Shown here one piece after another: positions 45,101 to 47,566 of a DNA stretch of 47,566 nucleotides (within the stretch, counting starts at the first letter, position 1; each line of letters begins with the position of its first letter). Position numbers and translations under genes: made by a program. The notes beneath the pieces are model-generated. The model saw only the letters and a program-made list of their open reading frames with translations, had not been told where the DNA came from and did not search any database. This DNA comes from an uncultured Gammaproteobacteria bacterium (GTDB taxonomy: Bacteria > Patescibacteriota > Patescibacteriia > Patescibacteriales > UBA12465). The DNA lies in contig CAZILW010000004.1 of assembly GCA_964540285.1 (NCBI GenBank), positions 1 to 47,566 of the forward strand. Direction: 5' to 3'.

Positions 45101-47475
45101 TTATCAATTTTTTAATAAACACCGCTAATATAACTTACTCTCAGGCAGCCTTTAGCGGGGTAGTTTTAGCCAGAATCATAGGTGTAGATATTAATGGAAA
45201 TGAAATTGAATCAGATGCTAAAAATATTTTGGTAAATGTTAACAATAAAAATTGGCAAAGAGTTAATTTTAAATTTAGAACAGAGTCAACCTGGACTAAA
45301 GGTTCTAAAATAGTTTTTGGACCACCTGCTGGAGAAACTGGATTTGGGGGTTGGATGTATGTTGATGATATTAATGTAGGGCCAGTTTTGGAGGTAGCTG
45401 ATGATAAATATATATCGTCAATTTGTAGGCTCTATCCTAGGCAAGACAGTATTTCTTGTTCAAGTGACACTAGAGGTTATTCTTTTGTGGAGCAAGGCTG
45501 GGAGGGCTATTGTCTAGAAAAAGACCCTCTTAATGAAAATGTTTGTTTATTGTGGTATCCGATAGATGCTATTGTTGGAAGCAGTGCTGATAATTTATCT
45601 TCCAACTTTTCTGGCTTTCCTTTAACTGGAAGTACCCCGCTTTATTGCGCTCAAATGAATGCTAATTTTGACTTGGTAGAATATCGAGACGTGTTTATGG
45701 TTGGTATGGGAATTGGAAAGGAAAAAGGAACTTCTGATAATTATTCTTACAGATATATAGCTACTGGAAGCACTTGTATTAGCTCGGATTATTATTTGGT
45801 TAGAAATAAGAGGACTGATATGGACAATGGTCCTTGTCAAGATACATTTGGCACGGATGTTGGGGCTTATTTGCTTGATGATTATTATTATCATGATATG
45901 TCTTTTTGTATTCCGAAGAAAAATTCTGACACACACCTGCCAATAATTTCTATTAGCAATGGTTTAATGATTTTAGGAAAAGATGTTAAGATTCAGGATC
46001 TTAAGGGAGGGGATAATACTAGGACTATTACTTGTGGCTCTTCCAATAACCCAACTGGTTGTGATGATTGTAATAACCTTTCTTATTATAGTAGTGGTAC
46101 GACAGTAAGAGAGGAGTGGAGATTTTATGCTAAAGCAAATTTTCAATCAGGATATAACTCTGGCGCTGGATGGTATAAATATAATGGAATATTAAGTAAC
46201 AGTAACGCTAAAACAGTTAACAAAGAACATGAAATCGGTCTTAGATTATTAGCCTATGGCATGACTCAAGTAGAGTGTGAAACTAGTGGTATCTATGATT
46301 ATAGCGAAGGCAGTACAAGTATCCCCGCTAAATATTTTCATCCAGGGAATGGAAATGATCAGTGCCCATTAGATAAATGTAATGACGGAAAAGGTGCTTG
46401 TTTAATGCACCCCGATAAATACGTCCCAAAATGTAATTTTATCGTTAAAGGAGATGTTCCTTGGGTGTCTAGGTTGAAATCATCCCCATATTCTTTTAAG
46501 GAATATCAATCTTCTTTACCAAACTATTTGAATTATTATAGTCTATCTTCAAAAAATACTCCTTTTGGTGCCATAAACTCACCGACAATGCCGGCGTATG
46601 ATGTTTATGTTAATCAAGTAAATACAAACCCACAAAGTCCATACTATTATCATGGACTACCCTTGTCTTGTACTGGTACAGGAACTGTTTATATGAATGG
46701 TAGCTGGCGAAATCCTTGCGAAGCATTGAGGTATGATAGTGATGGTAAAATTAAACTTACTCTAAACACTTCTGATTCTAATAGATTTTCCAGTTCTGCT
46801 AATCTTAATATTGCTAGAGACTCTTTAAAATATGTATTCGCAAAAATTTCCTCAAACTCTGGTTTTAACTATGACCACACTCTTAAAGGCTCAACCCCAG
46901 CTTCTGTTTGTAATACGGCCGGTTGCCCTCCAAGGGAGAGTGATATAAATATCTGTTCTGTTTATCCTCAAATTGAAAATGTTAAAATGAGTGGTCCAAG
47001 TGGTCAAATAAATCAAATGGTTCGTGAAGATGGAATTCCTTCCAATATTTATAATATAGTTTCTGGAGGTTTTTATACTTTATCTTTCAATACTTTTGTA
47101 GATAGTGAGCAAGCGCCGATAAAGAAATTATTCATTAAGATTAAAAGAGTTGATGATTCCTGGGAACAAGTTCCTAATATAGTATTAAGCAATATTGACC
47201 ATCGTCCAGACTCATTAAACCCACATCGTCTGGTTAAATTTTTATCACCAGGTCAATATATAGTATTAATTAAAGTAATTGATAATTGGGACTTCTTTAA
47301 ATGTTATGGTATGGGTGCTTTTGCGAATACTAATAGTAGTTGTTATAGATATTGCTGTGGAGCTCTTATTGATGGCAACCCTGCTTATCTCGAAAACCCT
47401 TTTTCAGAAGCTTGCGGGGTAGATGATCGCTGTACAGAGAATAATATAAGGGGTGTTTTGCCGGTCTGTAATTAA
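39103..47475 (+). CDS. Giant (2790 aa) Cys-rich exported protein with about four carbohydrate-binding-module-like domains
   Basis: Signal peptide ending AYA; about 98 Cys by manual count; repeated C-x6-C motifs; CBM-like segments NFIINGSFE...FDQLKL, YDFE...VDDLIL, NLVSNPNF and DFEG...VDDINV. Confidence 0.9.
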   Translation: MTNNKPAQSKFKKGILLFLLFSFIFSFSLFPQKAYAFSDIIGGPVAVIRKVTDWVEKNKDKFLVKMGANMFQSALRSSLFTLAYDGAVYLGTGIGGQKPTWETDYWTKYGDNIRDAAIGEALDLLGQEWDFNFCEPNIDIKTKIGLGLTHNYRETTPSCGWQQMKAGWKSEFDRWESYAEDPKKFLDQVVASIDPAGSDIGITMSLLDKVLETGNKEKEKVETQLKFSQGWLDVRSIGDKQKSVPGAIEGEVQQTRDLATKTFGQTTGDIFVDAVNIFSNQLLLSTINSLLKSYSEGSYSWFGRDWDRNPLAAPEFDSGETDPSTFYTKAGLSETLKKVLTPKFTEKTDYSILAELMICNSQSTYSGPNNCVINQSFGRAIENKNTLIDAIENGSISAGMLFSEKGSYQNTLNRRSLMILRKFRIVPIAWEEALNRIIPLQESNSGQYTIMDMVSCFSGDDEYNQFSKNFPHDPSNNSEMEWCRGLVDPHWVLKAPMNYCARQGYGGHVLSTQTISIPDTKDSEGNIINAGTENILIVRSDTYCADERSCIREAGDGSCQFYGYCTEEKRTWNFNSDSCSSIFNTCQSFTSSSGKKLALLKNTIQYSPCDASNAGCTVYSTNGVYNENTSKVSWVNNTFEPGDSLINLNRKVESCSAASEGCDEFIRTKSGFGHNFIINGSFESDEGWQSYFNDGKIQSNIGYNGSRGIFLTSGDTLNGLTSVGPDNNFLKGETFTFSFYSKCTATSTAFIADMPTADHRIIAPSTDFSYQSVSYTYPNNHSGSDVVFRINVGSNSQCYFDQLKLEKGAVGTFYSDYRGNGLVYIKTIPDYLKKQCYVDPYSSTPNFSLKSNAPAACYRYARLCNFNELGCDLFKMADGRNIPAKAMDKDYCPAECDGYNVYVQKSTIFESDSPHRLIPTTAKKCSANSAGCTEFTNLEDLSSGGERVEYYSYLRQCIKPNEGTCSSFYSWEGNDESGYQLRSFNLSIKNSQPSLTEGNLFSDGNSYKHIIGGVDVCSSEIIKLNPSNPRYSSDCREMYNQAGDIFYVLYSKTITCSDKCTLYRMTERNINRNISGVNGSTDCNNLNAGGKTVAKWATATTDDYTNNESVSGFVCFHCLNGGVWDEGQQACVYKAIPGEGKSCSSSENYCREYGGNTASNVRIVTSYDFEQDVSGWQGGVSSETSLSNNGRSMRINPSSESNRSISGLVKGKSYLLSFLARNHGENTDSSSDLEIYFINSKGDISNFKTISPVNGESINNISIKGSAWQVYRISLDELNHDIDSGEKIVIKNTSTNIVYVDDLILSESANRYYLIKNSWKTPNICYYDQTSKYQGSNYNLGCLAYLDRANNKHYLRQFTKLCDESAVGCELMIDTHNYTPKEEAVFLSGELNTGLNSCSSNLGDCVKVPKDNFSLVVYDSTKICNSADKGCSLLGKAISNIYSTNMNYTYQDIYVKNNPDKYNQGILCSREAVGCDAWSSSAGDNYFKDPMDNVCQLVDNKWYAKKVKRCLPSNMTFAADSAPISSLPKACNTDSDCPLETVCKLDETNYLCPVDSDFEIIKTIGSDGALVSQPRPEANGVNWTGLCPLKESSCTEYIDPESSFNPNLVSNPNFADIDDDNLYFDGWSPVDSNGETALSGQQCSVNSNDQISCTQTASSYYFKQSNYFLEAYKLYTIKYKNLKSLRIKCQNHFYELNSANILNLIPNSSFYSVQPLPQYPAINTSKFVFYSANNNSNACELVIEIAPSTKINDISLEWRELIVDYKIKDNLDFKSCNFPEFNRGCILFNERSVRSSGYPNFETLIYDSSNYSQYNPSNQNNYKDANKLVKVSPDRVCGKWLSCYSYTTEKDEKGNDKNVCLQIGQCTSMDASGNCLNFSKSTPGNRSFNSAKDANVSGYSLLNHYYLDAMIQRGNSSLFDSDFEGPGDLNKWTRVDGGNIPNDCIISKSSDTKGSSFPSNTDVYPSPSNLGFVRIGGSDNCNWDWKTSESLNTSVQTDYFINFLINTANITYSQAAFSGVVLARIIGVDINGNEIESDAKNILVNVNNKNWQRVNFKFRTESTWTKGSKIVFGPPAGETGFGGWMYVDDINVGPVLEVADDKYISSICRLYPRQDSISCSSDTRGYSFVEQGWEGYCLEKDPLNENVCLLWYPIDAIVGSSADNLSSNFSGFPLTGSTPLYCAQMNANFDLVEYRDVFMVGMGIGKEKGTSDNYSYRYIATGSTCISSDYYLVRNKRTDMDNGPCQDTFGTDVGAYLLDDYYYHDMSFCIPKKNSDTHLPIISISNGLMILGKDVKIQDLKGGDNTRTITCGSSNNPTGCDDCNNLSYYSSGTTVREEWRFYAKANFQSGYNSGAGWYKYNGILSNSNAKTVNKEHEIGLRLLAYGMTQVECETSGIYDYSEGSTSIPAKYFHPGNGNDQCPLDKCNDGKGACLMHPDKYVPKCNFIVKGDVPWVSRLKSSPYSFKEYQSSLPNYLNYYSLSSKNTPFGAINSPTMPAYDVYVNQVNTNPQSPYYYHGLPLSCTGTGTVYMNGSWRNPCEALRYDSDGKIKLTLNTSDSNRFSSSANLNIARDSLKYVFAKISSNSGFNYDHTLKGSTPASVCNTAGCPPRESDINICSVYPQIENVKMSGPSGQINQMVREDGIPSNIYNIVSGGFYTLSFNTFVDSEQAPIKKLFIKIKRVDDSWEQVPNIVLSNIDHRPDSLNPHRLVKFLSPGQYIVLIKVIDNWDFFKCYGMGAFANTNSSCYRYCCGALIDGNPAYLENPFSEACGVDDRCTENNIRGVLPVCN

Positions 47476-47508
47476 ATTAATTTTTAATATTCACAATAGT
47501 TATTGACA

Positions 47509-47565
47509 TTATATGTTCCAATTGCAGCAATTAGGGTTACATTCTGGGTTTAGATCTAATATAAT
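47509..47565 (-). CDS. Possible 3' end of a convergent Cys-rich protein starting outside the window
   Basis: Open frame reading ...IILDLNPECNPNCCNWNI*; too short to be sure. Confidence 0.3.
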   Translation of the reverse strand: MILDLNPECNPNCCNWNI

Positions 47566-47566
47566 A

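Noticed and set aside
990-45936. Short antisense or alternate-frame ORFs in the track (e.g. 2045-2341, 7598-7924, 28142-28603, 38366-38689, 45622-45936)
   Set aside because: They are shadows of well-supported genes and carry no motifs.
1-47566. Alternative genetic code (UGA=Gly, as in Gracilibacteria/Absconditabacteria)
   Set aside because: Conserved genes are full length under code 11, and TGA appears to act as a stop at 19334-19336.

Overview
A low-GC, gene-dense bacterial chromosome segment in genetic code 11. It is most consistent with a Patescibacteria/CPR genome (Parcubacteria-ABY1, Falkowbacteria-like); this is inferred from AT-rich starts lacking Shine-Dalgarno motifs, CPR-style pilins, a VirD4-like ATPase and a giant Cys-rich protein. 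Housekeeping genes include an nrdG-like activase, ftsB-like, an rlpA-dac fusion, ftsEX, an ABC-F ATPase, tyrS, murJ, lepA, recJ, rnhA, xth, leuS and rsmA. There is a fermentative module (four PFOR subunits split over two divergent gene runs, plus an ADP-forming acetate-CoA ligase) and two tRNAs (Thr-CGT, Gln-TTG). The most unusual region is 8381-10500: downstream of tRNA-Gln, exact and degenerate copies of the tRNA 3' end, each followed by a hairpin, separate orphan genes and two copies of a GC-rich multi-hairpin element, with no integrase in the window. A 32-nt hairpin with two compensatory base-pair changes sits nested in one of those elements and, independently, inside a different palindrome 13 kb away, upstream of a pilin ending in a DUF1566/C-type-lectin-like domain. 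The window ends with a 2790-aa Cys-rich exported protein. All product calls come from motif recognition; no database searches were run.
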